Shown here: positions 1-9,298 of the stretch, in pieces
Layout of the letters: every line of letters begins with the position of its first letter
How positions within the stretch are numbered: the stretch's first letter is position 1
Origin: Vicinamibacteria bacterium
GTDB lineage: Bacteria > Acidobacteriota > Vicinamibacteria > Vicinamibacterales > JAENWD01
Length of the DNA: 64,000 bases
Assembly: GCA_963739995.1 (NCBI GenBank)
Contig: CAVUCH010000011.1
Span: 934-64,933 of the forward strand
Direction of reading: 5' to 3'
Notes under the pieces: generated by a model
Seen by the model: only the letters and a program-made list of their open reading frames with translations
Told to the model about the DNA's origin: nothing
Databases searched by the model: none
Position numbers and translations under genes: made by a program

Positions 1-305
1 GCGGCCCCGTGGTGCCCGTGGCGATCAGCATCGACATCGTCGATGAGGATCGGCTGCTCGCGCGTGCGTTACGCCGGTTGATCACGGACGCGCCGCTGCG
101 CGCGAGACTGGGCGACGCGGCTCGCGCCTACTTCGAACGCCATCACACGATCCCGCAGATGCGCGAAGACTACCTGCGGGTGATCGATGCCGCTGCAGCA
201 ACGCCGCCACCCCGCATCGCGTTGCCTCGCCACCTGCGGCCCGACCCGCTGCAGTTCGCGACGTCGCTGGCCGGCGCCCTTGGCGTCGATCTTCGGTTCG
301 AGTGA
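1..305 (+). CDS. glycosyltransferase (GT-B, family 1/4-like), C-terminal fragment; the gene starts upstream of the window
   Basis: The frame is open from the window edge to a TGA at about 303-305. The tail ...DRLLARALRRLITDAPLRARLGDAARAYFERHHTIPQMREDYLRVI resembles the conserved C-terminus of GT1/GT4 enzymes. GC3 is high. Confidence 0.45.
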   Translation, partial: GPVVPVAISIDIVDEDRLLARALRRLITDAPLRARLGDAARAYFERHHTIPQMREDYLRVIDAAAATPPPRIALPRHLRPDPLQFATSLAGALGVDLRFE

Positions 306-354
306 ATGGAGGCCGGGGCGGGACGCCCCGGCTGTGTCTTTGGCGGCAGGTCTG

Positions 355-624
355 CTATCCGTCGAGGGCGGCCTGCGTCTCGGCGATGCGCCGGTCGATC
401 TCCGCGAGCGCGCTGGTGATCTGCGCACGCCGCGTCTCGTGCGTGGTGTGCTCGAGCTGATGGCTCATTTCCTTGTGCGCGAGCTTGAGCGACTCGATCT
501 GACGGACCTGTTCAGGATTCTTCACTGCGGGGCGGCGCGACTGCGCGCGGCTCAACTGCAGCTCTTCCATCCGCTCCTGGATCTTCGCATCTGCGTCGAT
601 CAGTCCTTCGCCTGCATCTCCCAT
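355..624 (-). CDS. small hypothetical coiled-coil protein (89 aa)
   Basis: ATG-to-TAG ORF with high GC3. The sequence is charged and heptad-like (IQERMEELQLSRAQ...IESLKLAHKEMSHQLEH...LAEIDRRIAETQAALDG). I could not assign a family with confidence. Confidence 0.45.
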   Translation of the reverse strand: MGDAGEGLIDADAKIQERMEELQLSRAQSRRPAVKNPEQVRQIESLKLAHKEMSHQLEHTTHETRRAQITSALAEIDRRIAETQAALDG

Positions 625-740
625 TCTGCTGGTCCCCTATCCGCTGAGTGACTGGTGCCGGTGTCATTATACCGGCTCTGCGGCCACGCGTCGGGCATCG
701 CGCCTGAGATCCTCAGACCGCTGCCGGGTGGGCCGGTAAG

Positions 741-3700
741 ATGGACGCCGTGCCTCCCGTCCGCGCCCGCGATCCGCTCGCGTTCTTCCATCCCGCCGTA
801 CGCGACTGGTTCACGGCGGCCTTCGAGGCGCCCACGGCCGCACAGGCGCGTGGATGGCCGGCGATCGCGCGCGGTGAGTCCACTCTCGTATTCGCACCGA
901 CCGGCAGCGGCAAGACCCTCGCGGCATTCCTGTGGGCCATCGATCGCCTGATGTTCGCTCCTGTGCCTCCGGTGCGCGAGCGGTGCCGCGTGCTGTACGT
1001 CTCTCCGCTCAAGGCCCTCGCGGTGGACGTCGAGCGCAACCTTCGCTCGCCGATTGCCGGGATCACGAACCTCGCGCGCGGCCGCGGCGAGCCGTTCGTG
1101 GTACCCGCGGCAGCCGTGCGCACCGGCGACACGCCCGCCCGCGAGCGCACCCGCTTCCAGCGGGAGCCCGCCGACATCCTGATCACTACGCCCGAGTCGC
1201 TGTTCCTGATCCTGACATCCCAGGCGCGGGAAACCCTGCGCTCGGTCCGCACTGTCATCATCGATGAGATTCACGCGCTCGTGCCCACCAAGCGCGGCGC
1301 GCACCTCGTGCTCTCGCTCGAGCGGCTCGAAGCGTTGATGGAGACGCCGCTCCAGCGCATCGGGCTCTCGGCCACGCAGCGCCCGCTCGATGAGGTGGCG
1401 CGGTTCCTCGGCGGCGCGTCGCTGCGCGAGCCCGAGGTGGCGGGCCGGCGGCACGGACGCGCGCGCACCACCACGCCCCTGCCCGCGAAGCCGGGAAACG
1501 TGCGCGAAGCGTTGCACGACGAGTTCAGCGCGGAGCAGCCGCCGGTCACAGGGCGCCCCGTTACGATTGTTGACGCGCGGCAGCCGAAGGCGCTCTCACT
1601 GACGGTTGAAGTGCCCGTGGAGGACCTGGCGAGGATGGGGACGCCCGCCCCCGACATCCCCAGCGGGCCGGCGGCGCAGGGCCCGGTGCGCACCTCCATC
1701 TGGACGAGCATCCACCCGCGCCTCCTGGAGATCATCCGCGCCCACCAGTCCACGCTTATTTTCGTCAACAGCCGGCGCCTCGCCGAGCGGCTCGCCGGCT
1801 CGCTCAATGAGCTGGCAGGCGAGCCGCTCGTGCGCTCGCACCACGGATCGATCGCACGCGAGCAGCGCGTCGAAATCGAAGACGCGCTGAAGGCCGGCCA
1901 GCTCCGCGCTCTCGTCGCCACGTCCTCGCTGGAGCTCGGGATCGACATGGGCGCCATCGATCTCGTGGTGCAGATCGAGGCGCCCCCGTCAATCGCGAGC
2001 GGCATGCAGCGCATCGGCCGCGCCAGCCACCACGTCGGCGCCACCAGCGAAGGCGTCATCTTTCCGAAGTACCGCGGCGACCTGCTCGCCTGCGCCGCCG
2101 TCACGCGGGCCATGCACGAGGGGCGCGTCGAGGCGACGCGATACCCCCGCAACCCGCTCGATGTGCTCGCCCAGCAGATCGTGGCCATGGTTGCGATGGA
2201 GCCGTGGCCCGTCGATCGCCTGTTCGCACGCCTCCGGTGCGCCGCGCCGTACGAGGCGCTCAGCCGGCGCATCTTCGAGGGCGTGCTCGACATGCTGTCG
2301 GGCCGCTACCCGTCGGACGAGTTCGCGGAGCTGCGTGCGCGTCTGACCTGGGACCGCATCACCGGTCTGCTCACCACGCGCGAGGGCTCGCAGCGGGTGG
2401 CCATCGCCAACGCGGGCACGATTCCGGACCGTGGTCTGTACGGCGTGTTCCTCGCCGGCGCCGCCGCGGGTACCGCACGGGTCGGCGAGCTCGATGAGGA
2501 GATGGTGTTCGAGTCGCGTGTCGGCGAGACGTTCGTGCTCGGCGCGTCGAGCTGGCGCATCGAGGAGATCACGCACGACCGCGTGCTCGTCTCGCCCGCG
2601 CCAGGCGAGCCCGGGAAGATGCCGTTCTGGAAGGCCGACGGTCCGGCGCGGCCGCGCGAGCTGGGCCTCGCGATCGGACGACTGGTTCGGGAGCTGCGCG
2701 GCCTGCCGCCGTCCGCCGCCGCGGACCGCCTCGTGCGGGATCACGATCTCGATCGGCTCGCCGCCGAAAACCTGCTCCAATACATTGCGGACCAGGCGGC
2801 CGCCACCCAGGCCGTCCCTGACGACCGCACCATCGTCGTCGAGCGGACGCGCGACGAGCTTGGGGACTGGCGCGTGTGCCTCATGTCGCCGCTCGGCGCC
2901 CGCGTGCTGACCCCCTGGGCCCTCGCGGTCGTCGCCCGCGTGCGCGAGGAGCTCGGCGTCGACGTGGAGGTGCTCTGGACCGACGACGGGTTCGTGGTGC
3001 GCTTTCCGGAAACGGACACGCCGCCGGACACCGCGCTGGTATTGCCCCCGGCCGAGGAGGTCGAGGGACTGGTCGTGCGGCAGCTGGGCACGAGCGCCCT
3101 GTTTGCTGGACGCTTCCGGGAAGTGGCCGGCCGCGCGCTGCTGCTGCCGCGCCGGCGGGCCGGGGCACGCGCGCCCCTGTGGCAGCAGCGCAAGCGCGCG
3201 GCGGACCTGCTGGCGGTGGCGGCACGATACGGATCGTTTCCAGCGCTGCTCGAGACCTACCGGGAGTGCCTGCGCGACATCTTCGATCTGCCCGCCCTCG
3301 TGGATACACTGCACCAGGTCGGCACGCGCACCATCCACGTCGTCACCGTGGACTCGCAGGCGCCCTCGCCGTTCGCATCGTCGCTGCTGTTCGGGTACGT
3401 CGCCAACTTTCTGTACGACAGCGACGCGCCGCTGGCCGAGCGCCGGGCGCAGGCGCTCTCAGTGGATCACAGCCAGCTGCGCGAGCTGCTCGGGGACGCG
3501 GAGCTCCGGGAGCTGCTCGATCCGGCCGTCATCGACGCGTACGAGCAGCAACTGCAGCATCTGGACCCGCGCTACCACGCGAAGAACGCCGATGCCGTGC
3601 ACGATCTGCTGATCCGCATCGGCGATCTCTCGGAGGCAGAAATCGCGGCGCGCTCGGTCCTGGACGATGTTCATGCGGTGCTGCGGGCGCTGGAGCGATC

Positions 3701-5333
3701 GCGGCGGATCGTCCGGGTGCCGGTCGCAGGTGGCCACCGCTACATCGCGGTCGAGGATGCCGCGCGGTATCGCGATGCGCTCGGGACGCCGCTGCCGCAG
3801 GGACTCCCCGAGCAGCTCCTGCAGCCGGTGCGAGACCCGGCTGGCGACCTGCTGCTGCGGTACGCGCGTACACACGGTCCGTTCACGACGGACGAATGCG
3901 CCCGCCGCTTCGCGCTCGGCCATGCGGTCGCGGAGGAAGTCCTCGCCCGGATTGCCTCGGCCGGACGGGTGCTTGCGGGCGAGTTCCGCCCCGGCGGCGT
4001 GCACCGCGAGTGGTGCGAGACAGGTGTGCTCCGCACACTGCGGCAGCGATCGCTCGCGCGCCTGCGCCGGGAGGTGGAGCCGGTCGAAACCGACGCGCTC
4101 GGACGGCTGGCGACCGTGTGGCAGGGCGTGGTGCGGCCCCGCCCGGGGCTCGACGCGCTGCTCGATGCCATCGAGCAGCTGCAGGGCGCACCGCTTCCCG
4201 TGTCGGTGCTCGAGCCCGAGGTGCTCCCGGCGCGCGTGGAGGGCTACCGCCCCGGAGACCTCGACCTCCTCATGGGAGCGGGCGAGGTTGTCTGGCTGGG
4301 GGTCGAACCCCTCGGCGATCGAGACGGCCGCATCGCCCTGTACCTCACGGATCACCTTCGCGCGCTCGTAGCGCCGGTAGAGGCCGTGGAGCGAACAGGG
4401 GTTCCAGCAGAGATCGTGAAGCACCTGCAAACGGCGGGCGCCTCGTTCTTCCCCGCAATCCACGCGGCCTGCGGCGGCGGCTTCCCGCAGGAGGTCGTCG
4501 ACGCGCTCTGGGATCTCGTCTGGAGCGGGGTCGTCACCAACGATACCTTTCACGCCATCCGGGCGTTCGCCGCCCCACCGGCACGCACGCGCCGCGACCG
4601 TCAGACGCGGGCCTACCGCTCGCGCCGCGTGGCACCGCCGGCAGCGCAGGGCCGCTGGTCGCTGGTCGCGCCACGGATCGGGCCGCGGCCCTCGTCCACT
4701 GAGTGGGCCACCGGTATTGCGGGGCAGCTGCTCAATCGTCACGGCATCCTCACGCGCGAGGCGGTAGCCGCCGAGGGACTGCGGGGTGGCTTCTCCACCG
4801 TGTACGAGGTGCTGAAGACCATGGAGGAGAACGGCCGGGTCCGGCGCGGGCTGTTCGTCGGCGGCCTGGGGGCGATGCAGTTCGCACTGCCCGCCGCCCT
4901 CGATCTCCTGCGTTCGGTGCGTGACGAGCCCGAGTCGACCCAGGTCGCGCACCTCGCCGCGACCGATCCGGCAAATCCGTACGGCGCGATCCTCAAGTGG
5001 CCCACACCGACAGGAGCCACGCGAGAGGGGCGCGGTCCGACGCGCACGGCGGGTGCCACGGTGATCCTCGTGAATGGGCGGCTCGCTGCCTACCTCGCGC
5101 GTGGCGACCGGCAACTGTCGGTGTACCTGCCCGACCCGGAGCCCACGCGCACGAACACCGCCCGCGCCGTGGCATCACGGCTGTTCCAGCTGGCTACGGC
5201 CGCGGAGGGTCGCCGCGGCATGCTCATCGTGCAGGTGGACGGAGTCGACATCGGGGACCACCCGCTCGCACCGTATCTCCTCGAGGCGGGGTTCGTCCGT
5301 GGAGCGATGGGGTTTCAGGCCAGCCGACGATGA
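741..5333 (+). CDS. lhr: Lhr-family ATP-dependent DNA helicase (large helicase-related protein), 1530 aa
   Basis: The N-terminus is FHPAVRDWFTAAFEAPTAAQARGWPAIARGESTLVFAPTGSGKTLAAF (Walker A). A DEIH box (IIDEIHAL) and helicase C motifs (LVATSSLELGIDMG, QRIGRASH) are present. The length matches full-length Lhr (about 1500 aa). Confidence 0.93.
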   Translation: MDAVPPVRARDPLAFFHPAVRDWFTAAFEAPTAAQARGWPAIARGESTLVFAPTGSGKTLAAFLWAIDRLMFAPVPPVRERCRVLYVSPLKALAVDVERNLRSPIAGITNLARGRGEPFVVPAAAVRTGDTPARERTRFQREPADILITTPESLFLILTSQARETLRSVRTVIIDEIHALVPTKRGAHLVLSLERLEALMETPLQRIGLSATQRPLDEVARFLGGASLREPEVAGRRHGRARTTTPLPAKPGNVREALHDEFSAEQPPVTGRPVTIVDARQPKALSLTVEVPVEDLARMGTPAPDIPSGPAAQGPVRTSIWTSIHPRLLEIIRAHQSTLIFVNSRRLAERLAGSLNELAGEPLVRSHHGSIAREQRVEIEDALKAGQLRALVATSSLELGIDMGAIDLVVQIEAPPSIASGMQRIGRASHHVGATSEGVIFPKYRGDLLACAAVTRAMHEGRVEATRYPRNPLDVLAQQIVAMVAMEPWPVDRLFARLRCAAPYEALSRRIFEGVLDMLSGRYPSDEFAELRARLTWDRITGLLTTREGSQRVAIANAGTIPDRGLYGVFLAGAAAGTARVGELDEEMVFESRVGETFVLGASSWRIEEITHDRVLVSPAPGEPGKMPFWKADGPARPRELGLAIGRLVRELRGLPPSAAADRLVRDHDLDRLAAENLLQYIADQAAATQAVPDDRTIVVERTRDELGDWRVCLMSPLGARVLTPWALAVVARVREELGVDVEVLWTDDGFVVRFPETDTPPDTALVLPPAEEVEGLVVRQLGTSALFAGRFREVAGRALLLPRRRAGARAPLWQQRKRAADLLAVAARYGSFPALLETYRECLRDIFDLPALVDTLHQVGTRTIHVVTVDSQAPSPFASSLLFGYVANFLYDSDAPLAERRAQALSVDHSQLRELLGDAELRELLDPAVIDAYEQQLQHLDPRYHAKNADAVHDLLIRIGDLSEAEIAARSVLDDVHAVLRALERSRRIVRVPVAGGHRYIAVEDAARYRDALGTPLPQGLPEQLLQPVRDPAGDLLLRYARTHGPFTTDECARRFALGHAVAEEVLARIASAGRVLAGEFRPGGVHREWCETGVLRTLRQRSLARLRREVEPVETDALGRLATVWQGVVRPRPGLDALLDAIEQLQGAPLPVSVLEPEVLPARVEGYRPGDLDLLMGAGEVVWLGVEPLGDRDGRIALYLTDHLRALVAPVEAVERTGVPAEIVKHLQTAGASFFPAIHAACGGGFPQEVVDALWDLVWSGVVTNDTFHAIRAFAAPPARTRRDRQTRAYRSRRVAPPAAQGRWSLVAPRIGPRPSSTEWATGIAGQLLNRHGILTREAVAAEGLRGGFSTVYEVLKTMEENGRVRRGLFVGGLGAMQFALPAALDLLRSVRDEPESTQVAHLAATDPANPYGAILKWPTPTGATREGRGPTRTAGATVILVNGRLAAYLARGDRQLSVYLPDPEPTRTNTARAVASRLFQLATAAEGRRGMLIVQVDGVDIGDHPLAPYLLEAGFVRGAMGFQASRR

Positions 5334-5350
5334 GTTCAGTTTCAACCACT

Positions 5351-5397
5351 GAGATCGGGAGGTGTTTCGCAAAAATTGCGAAACACCTCCCGATCTC
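5351..5397. terminator. perfect 20-22-bp-arm hairpin between convergent lhr and nei; candidate bidirectional intrinsic terminator
   Basis: GAGATCGGGAGGTGTTTCGCAA-A-TTGCGAAACACCTCCCGATCTC. The centre is A/T-rich (AAAAATT) in a GC-rich genome. It lies 18 nt after the lhr stop and 36 nt after the nei stop. Confidence 0.6.
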
Positions 5398-5432
5398 AAT
5401 TTGAGAACTGATGACTGACGACGGACGGGGAG

Positions 5433-6272
5433 CTACTCCGTCCGCTCGGGCTGACACACCGGGCACCAGTAGGTGCTCCGGGCATCCAGTCCCTGCTTCC
5501 TGCGCTGGATGGGCGTCCGGCACCGGCGGCACGGGCGCCGCGCCCGGCCGTATACCCACAGCCGTTCCTCCGCTTCGGCCCGTCCCGTCGTGCGGCGGAA
5601 GGGATGATATGTGGCGATGCCGGCATCGGTCCCCGGCGCCACATTAACCTGAAGCAGGCGGCGAGCGGTCCCCACGAGCGTCCGGAGGTCATCGTCCGAC
5701 AGGCGATCGACCGGCGTGAACGGGTTGATGCGGCAGACGAAGCAGACCTCGGACTTGTACACGTTCCCGATGCCCGCCAGGGCGCGCTGATCGAGCAGGG
5801 CGTCGCCAATCCCGAGCGCTCCTCGCGCTCGCAGACGTGCCACGACGGCGTCCTCGTCGAACGTCTCACCCAGCAGGTCTGGGCCCAGGTCCCGTAACGC
5901 AGGCTCGCGCGCCAGCTGCCGTGCCGTGTAGAACGCGGCGACCGGCACGTTGAAGGCCACGGCGACGAACGCGTCCGTCTCGATGACCAGCCGCGCCTGG
6001 TGCCGCGGACGCTGCCAGCGCTCACCGGGACGGTAGATGTGCCACGACCCGTTCATGCGCATGTGCGTGCGCAGCACGACATCCCCGGAGAACTCGACCA
6101 GCAGGTGCTTCCCCTGCGACCACACCCGCTCAACCGTGCGGCCAGCAATCGGTGCGTCCTCGTCGATGCGCGTCAGCGCCGGGAGGACCGACTCGAAACG
6201 CGTCACGACGCGGCGCGCCAGTGCGCTATGGAGGGTTTGCGCGGAGCGGTAGATTGTGTCGCCTTCGGGCAT
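5433..6272 (-). CDS. nei: Fpg/Nei-family DNA glycosylase / AP lyase (endonuclease VIII-like)
   Basis: I place the start at the internal MPEGDTIYRS (catalytic N-terminal Pro after Met plus Glu3), not at the ORF-track start 6386. An H2TH region (GIGNVYKSEVCF) and a C-terminal zinc finger (CRRCRTPI...YWCPVCQ) are present. Confidence 0.85.
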   Translation of the reverse strand: MPEGDTIYRSAQTLHSALARRVVTRFESVLPALTRIDEDAPIAGRTVERVWSQGKHLLVEFSGDVVLRTHMRMNGSWHIYRPGERWQRPRHQARLVIETDAFVAVAFNVPVAAFYTARQLAREPALRDLGPDLLGETFDEDAVVARLRARGALGIGDALLDQRALAGIGNVYKSEVCFVCRINPFTPVDRLSDDDLRTLVGTARRLLQVNVAPGTDAGIATYHPFRRTTGRAEAEERLWVYGRARRPCRRCRTPIQRRKQGLDARSTYWCPVCQPERTE

Positions 6273-6408
6273 CGGGTCAGGTGCGACCGGGTGCGGACAT
6301 GCGACTGGTGCGAAGAAGTGCGATGAGGCGCGGGCGGTGCGCGGTGCGGGTCGCCTCCGGCATATCGCCGCACCTTCGCACCCCATCGCACCCTCGCCCT
6401 ACCCACCC

Positions 6409-7476
6409 TTACATGTGTCTCCTGAGCGCCAGCTCCTTCGGGTCCGGCGCGAGGTAGACCTGGTCCCGCAGGTATGGGATCCCCAGCCGGCGGACGTGAT
6501 GCCGGATCAGCGTGATCGGCACCACCAGCGGCACGAGGCCGTTGCGGTGGTCCTCGATCAGCGCCAGCAGCTCCGCGCGCGACTCGGGGTCGAGCTGATC
6601 CCGGAAATACCCGGCGATGTGCTGCAGCACGTTCGCATGGCGCGCCGGGGTGGCGACACGGGACAGGGCGCCCATGAAGGTGCGTTCGTACTCGGCCTGC
6701 AGCTCCCCGCGAGGCGTCTGCCGCGCCCGCGCGACGAGGCGGCCGAGCGACGCGTAGGCGGCTGGTCCGTGCGCGAGCAGGATTAGCTTGTGCGCGGTGT
6801 GGAACCGCACCAGCTGACCCACGCTCCACCGCCCGGCAAACAGCGTGCGGAGCCGGCGATACGCGAACACGCGCTCCACGAAGTTCTCGCGCAGGCGCGG
6901 CTCGCACAGCCTCCCCTCTTCTTCGATGGGCAGCGTCGGCATCCGCGCACGCAGGGCTGCGGCATAAAGCCCCGTACCGGAGCGCTCGGGCATCGCGCCC
7001 GGCGCGTGCACCTTGACCCGCTCCATGCCGCAGCTTGGCGAGTCCTTCTTCAGGACGTATCCGGAGAGATCGAGCGCCGCAAGCTTCGCGACCCGCGCCT
7101 GTGCGTAGGCCACCATGCGGTCGGTCCAGTCGACGCCGCTCCCGGGTGCGACCATTCGTACGGGGACACCCTCTCCCGTTCTCGACGATCGCGGCACGTC
7201 GCGCACGAGATGCACGGTTTCACGCGGCGTCCCCATGCCGACCTCCACCTCGGGACACACCGGCACCCACTCCACGTAGCGGCCGAGCGTGTCGGTCAGG
7301 AAGCTGTCGCGTTTGTGACCGCCGTCGAAGCGAACCTTCTGTCCGAGCAGGCAGGACGAGATCCCGATGCGGATGGGCTCGCCGGGTTGGGATAGAGGCA
7401 CGGACACGGACGGATCGTAACAGGTGCGGCTGGGGCGGGGGCCACAGGGGCGGCGGGGTGCCATGCGATGCGGCAT
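6409..7476 (-). CDS. DUF523 (TudS-like) + DUF1722 (YbgA-like) fusion protein
   Basis: IRIGISSCLLGQKVRFDGGHKRD...VPVCPEVEVGMGTPRE is the DUF523 signature. LVRFHTAHKLILLAHGPAAYASLGRLVA is YbgA/DUF1722-like. The true start is uncertain and is probably downstream of 7476. Confidence 0.8.
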   Translation of the reverse strand: MPHRMAPRRPCGPRPSRTCYDPSVSVPLSQPGEPIRIGISSCLLGQKVRFDGGHKRDSFLTDTLGRYVEWVPVCPEVEVGMGTPRETVHLVRDVPRSSRTGEGVPVRMVAPGSGVDWTDRMVAYAQARVAKLAALDLSGYVLKKDSPSCGMERVKVHAPGAMPERSGTGLYAAALRARMPTLPIEEEGRLCEPRLRENFVERVFAYRRLRTLFAGRWSVGQLVRFHTAHKLILLAHGPAAYASLGRLVARARQTPRGELQAEYERTFMGALSRVATPARHANVLQHIAGYFRDQLDPESRAELLALIEDHRNGLVPLVVPITLIRHHVRRLGIPYLRDQVYLAPDPKELALRRHM

Positions 7477-7510
7477 GGAATGCTCCGAATTACGTGAAGC
7501 CCGGGAATTT

Positions 7511-7538
7511 CGTTAACCGTTAACCGTTGACTGTTAAC
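7511..7538. repeat. heptamer tandem repeat (CGTTAAC)x4
   Basis: The units read CGTTAAC CGTTAAC CGTTGAC TGTTAAC. The array lies in the 69-bp gap between the lipid kinase stop (7546) and the DUF523 gene. It is AT-rich relative to its surroundings. Confidence 0.9.
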
Positions 7539-7545
7539 CGGCGGA

Positions 7546-8502
7546 TCACACCAGCTGCCGCGGCGCCAGAAATTTCGCGGCGCGTGGAAGAATCGTATAG
7601 CGGCACGAGGTGGCATCGAGTACCTGGCCGTCGGTATTGACCTTGATGACGCGATCGAACTGCAGAGACAAATCGCGCGCCCGGAAATAGCTGACGCGGG
7701 GATCGTCGAGGTGGTCGCCCCGCGCGACTTCCCGCAGCAATCCCACGAACTCCAGCGTCGGCATCGCCTCGATTACGCAGACGTCGAGCCACCCGTCGTC
7801 GATCACCGCCTCCGGTGCGATCAGGCGCCCTCCTCCGATCAGGCGTGAGTTGCAGACAGCGAACAACTGCAGGTCGACTTCGTGCGTGCCGATGCCGGCG
7901 AGCGATGCGTGACGCACGGCGAGCGCATCGCTCGGATAGAGCAGGTGGGAGGCGCCGATCGGCTCGATGCGCGCGCGCACAGGCTCGTACGACAGCAGCG
8001 CCTGCGCCCCGCCAATCAGGTAGGCGAGTCGTCCCGCCATTGTCTTGAGCTCGGGCGTGACCGCTTCGGAGACCTCCGCGACAAAACCGCCAGCCGACAC
8101 GTTGACGAACACGCGGTCGTCGAGCCGGCCCACATCGACGGGGATCACGTGCCCGTCGCCAAAGGCCCGCACCGCATCGTCCACGTCAGGCTCGATCCCG
8201 ATGGCAGCGGCGAAGTCATTGCCGGTGCCGAGCGGCAGGAGCCCGAACACCACATCACCGAGCCGGCCGGTCGCGTATACGCCGTTCATCACCTCGTTCA
8301 GGGTGCCGTCCCCGCCCGCGACGAACAGCTGCGACTCGCCGTCAGTCGCCGCGCGGAAGCCCGCCCGTTCCGCGTCCCCGGCCCCCGTGGTGATCGTGAT
8401 GTCGAGATCGCCGAACTGGCCGCGCAGCAGCTCGTTGATGCGAGCCACGAGCGAGGGGCCTTCGTCGGTACCGGCGACCGGATTCAGGATCAGGCGAGAC
8501 AT
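7546..8502 (-). CDS. diacylglycerol kinase-family lipid kinase (YegS/BmrU-like)
   Basis: MSRLILNPVAGT...FVAGGDGTLNEVMNG...LPLGTGNDFA are the canonical DAGK catalytic-domain motifs. Confidence 0.85.
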   Translation of the reverse strand: MSRLILNPVAGTDEGPSLVARINELLRGQFGDLDITITTGAGDAERAGFRAATDGESQLFVAGGDGTLNEVMNGVYATGRLGDVVFGLLPLGTGNDFAAAIGIEPDVDDAVRAFGDGHVIPVDVGRLDDRVFVNVSAGGFVAEVSEAVTPELKTMAGRLAYLIGGAQALLSYEPVRARIEPIGASHLLYPSDALAVRHASLAGIGTHEVDLQLFAVCNSRLIGGGRLIAPEAVIDDGWLDVCVIEAMPTLEFVGLLREVARGDHLDDPRVSYFRARDLSLQFDRVIKVNTDGQVLDATSCRYTILPRAAKFLAPRQLV

Positions 8503-8549
8503 GAGGCGCGCATGGGGCGGAGTCCGAAATGGATGTCAGATGCGCGTTG

Positions 8550-9293
8550 CTACTGACCGGTGAGGACCGGGTACGGGTCGATGGGCGTGCCCTGCCACCA
8601 GCGCTGATCGGGTGTCAGCTTGAAGATGGCGAAATGCAGGTGAGGCGCATCGGCCTTGGCATTGCCGGTCGAGCCGACATATCCGATGACCTGCCCCTGG
8701 CTGACCTGCTGCTTTTCGGCCAGACCGCTCGCGTAGCTGTCCAGGTGCGCGTAGTAGTAGCAATACCGGCGTGAGCGATCGAACTGGTAGATCGTCTTCC
8801 CGCCCCGCACGCTGTGGAACAGCTTCACGATCTCACCGTCCTCGACCGCAAGGACGGGCGTTCTCTTCGGAGCGAGCACGTCCAGCGCCTCGTGCTCGCC
8901 GGTACCCCGCTGCGCGTGGAAGGTTGGCTGCAGTTCGGCGGCCGTCACCCCCTGGACGGGAATCAGCAGACGCCGGTTGCGGAGATCTGCCGGCAGCCCT
9001 GTCGCGGTCCCCGAGCGCGCCCGGGGGAGCGCCGGCACGGGCAGCACGCCAACCGCGGCGTCGGGCCGGAAATCCGGCGCGGCCTCGCCGCCCGGCGGAG
9101 TCTCAGCGGGGTGCCGCGTCTCGCCATAGGTGCCCACGCCCCCGACTGGCACATCGGGTCGCGACGTGTCAGCGGCGCGCGCGGCGAGGTCTTCAGGGCG
9201 CAGCGGATGTTCCCAGGGGCGCGCCGCCCAGAGCGCCGTCAGTGCTCCGAGACAAAACGCCACGCCGACGATGGCTGCCAGGCGACGGCGCAC
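8550..9293 (-). CDS. M23-family (LytM-type) peptidoglycan metallopeptidase with an N-terminal membrane anchor or signal
   Basis: HEALDVLAP...YYYAHLDSY...GYVGSTGNA...PHLHFAI are the M23 HxxxD and HxH motifs. I chose the GTG at 9291-9293, which is preceded by GGAG with an 8-nt spacer, because the longer ORF-track start overlaps the upstream gene. Confidence 0.85.
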   Translation of the reverse strand: MRRRLAAIVGVAFCLGALTALWAARPWEHPLRPEDLAARAADTSRPDVPVGGVGTYGETRHPAETPPGGEAAPDFRPDAAVGVLPVPALPRARSGTATGLPADLRNRRLLIPVQGVTAAELQPTFHAQRGTGEHEALDVLAPKRTPVLAVEDGEIVKLFHSVRGGKTIYQFDRSRRYCYYYAHLDSYASGLAEKQQVSQGQVIGYVGSTGNAKADAPHLHFAIFKLTPDQRWWQGTPIDPYPVLTGQ

Positions 9294-9298
9294 AGGAG

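Noticed and set aside
5224-5559. Small ORFs crossing the lhr/nei hairpin (5175..5399, 5224..5559, 4997..5404).
   Set aside because: They span a perfect palindrome and the ends of two convergent, well-supported genes, and show no coding signal.
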